From Octopus sinensis (Eukaryota), in NCBI RefSeq assembly GCF_006345805.1, contig NC_043014.1, positions 47,678,001 through 47,742,000 on the forward strand: 64,000 nt of DNA, written 5' to 3'. A program made the position numbers and the translations under genes. The notes under the pieces were generated by a model. It saw only the letters and a program-made list of their open reading frames with translations. It did not search any database and had not been told where the DNA came from. Positions 63,891 to 64,000 of the stretch are shown one piece after another; positions within the stretch are counted from its first letter, which is position 1, and each line of letters begins with the position of its first letter.

Positions 63891-64000
63891 GTAAGTTGGT
63901 TTGTCTTCTCTTTCTTTCTTGATGCTCAAACCAGAATCACAATTTTTTCTCTGTCTCTTCTATTACTATGACTACAATCGTGGCGATGCCAGAGCGCCAC

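Overview
Eukaryotic, AT-rich, repeat-dense DNA. The SINE content and TA/CA microsatellite load suggest a coleoid cephalopod, most likely Octopus (inference). I assembled two spliced genes by hand, both on the + strand. (1) A complete 10-exon MRPL39 (mitoribosomal mL39), CDS 4265-34687, 1044 nt, 347 aa, all introns GT-AG with consistent phases. (2) A gamma-glutamyltranspeptidase-family gene, 10 coding exons at 44149-63890 (495 codons), running off the window end. This GGT keeps the type II anchor, the catalytic Thr and the oxyanion Gly-Gly. Four gamma-glutamyl-binding positions are replaced (human R107>S, E420>G, D423>A, S452>Y), which makes it the main candidate for new biology here. The rest is transposon-derived: three tRNA-headed SINE families, many 3' ends of an RTE-type LINE (one with a ~2.7 kb 63-bp VNTR), CR1-like and mariner relics, non-autonomous Helitrons, piggyBac-like and Mutator-like MITEs, two Penelope-like fragments with a variant minimal hammerhead motif, and a near-perfect 150-bp palindrome. 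Almost all long ORFs in the supplied track are repeat artefacts. TE boundaries are approximate unless a TSD or terminus is quoted. Human residue numbers and exon sizes are from memory and need an alignment check.
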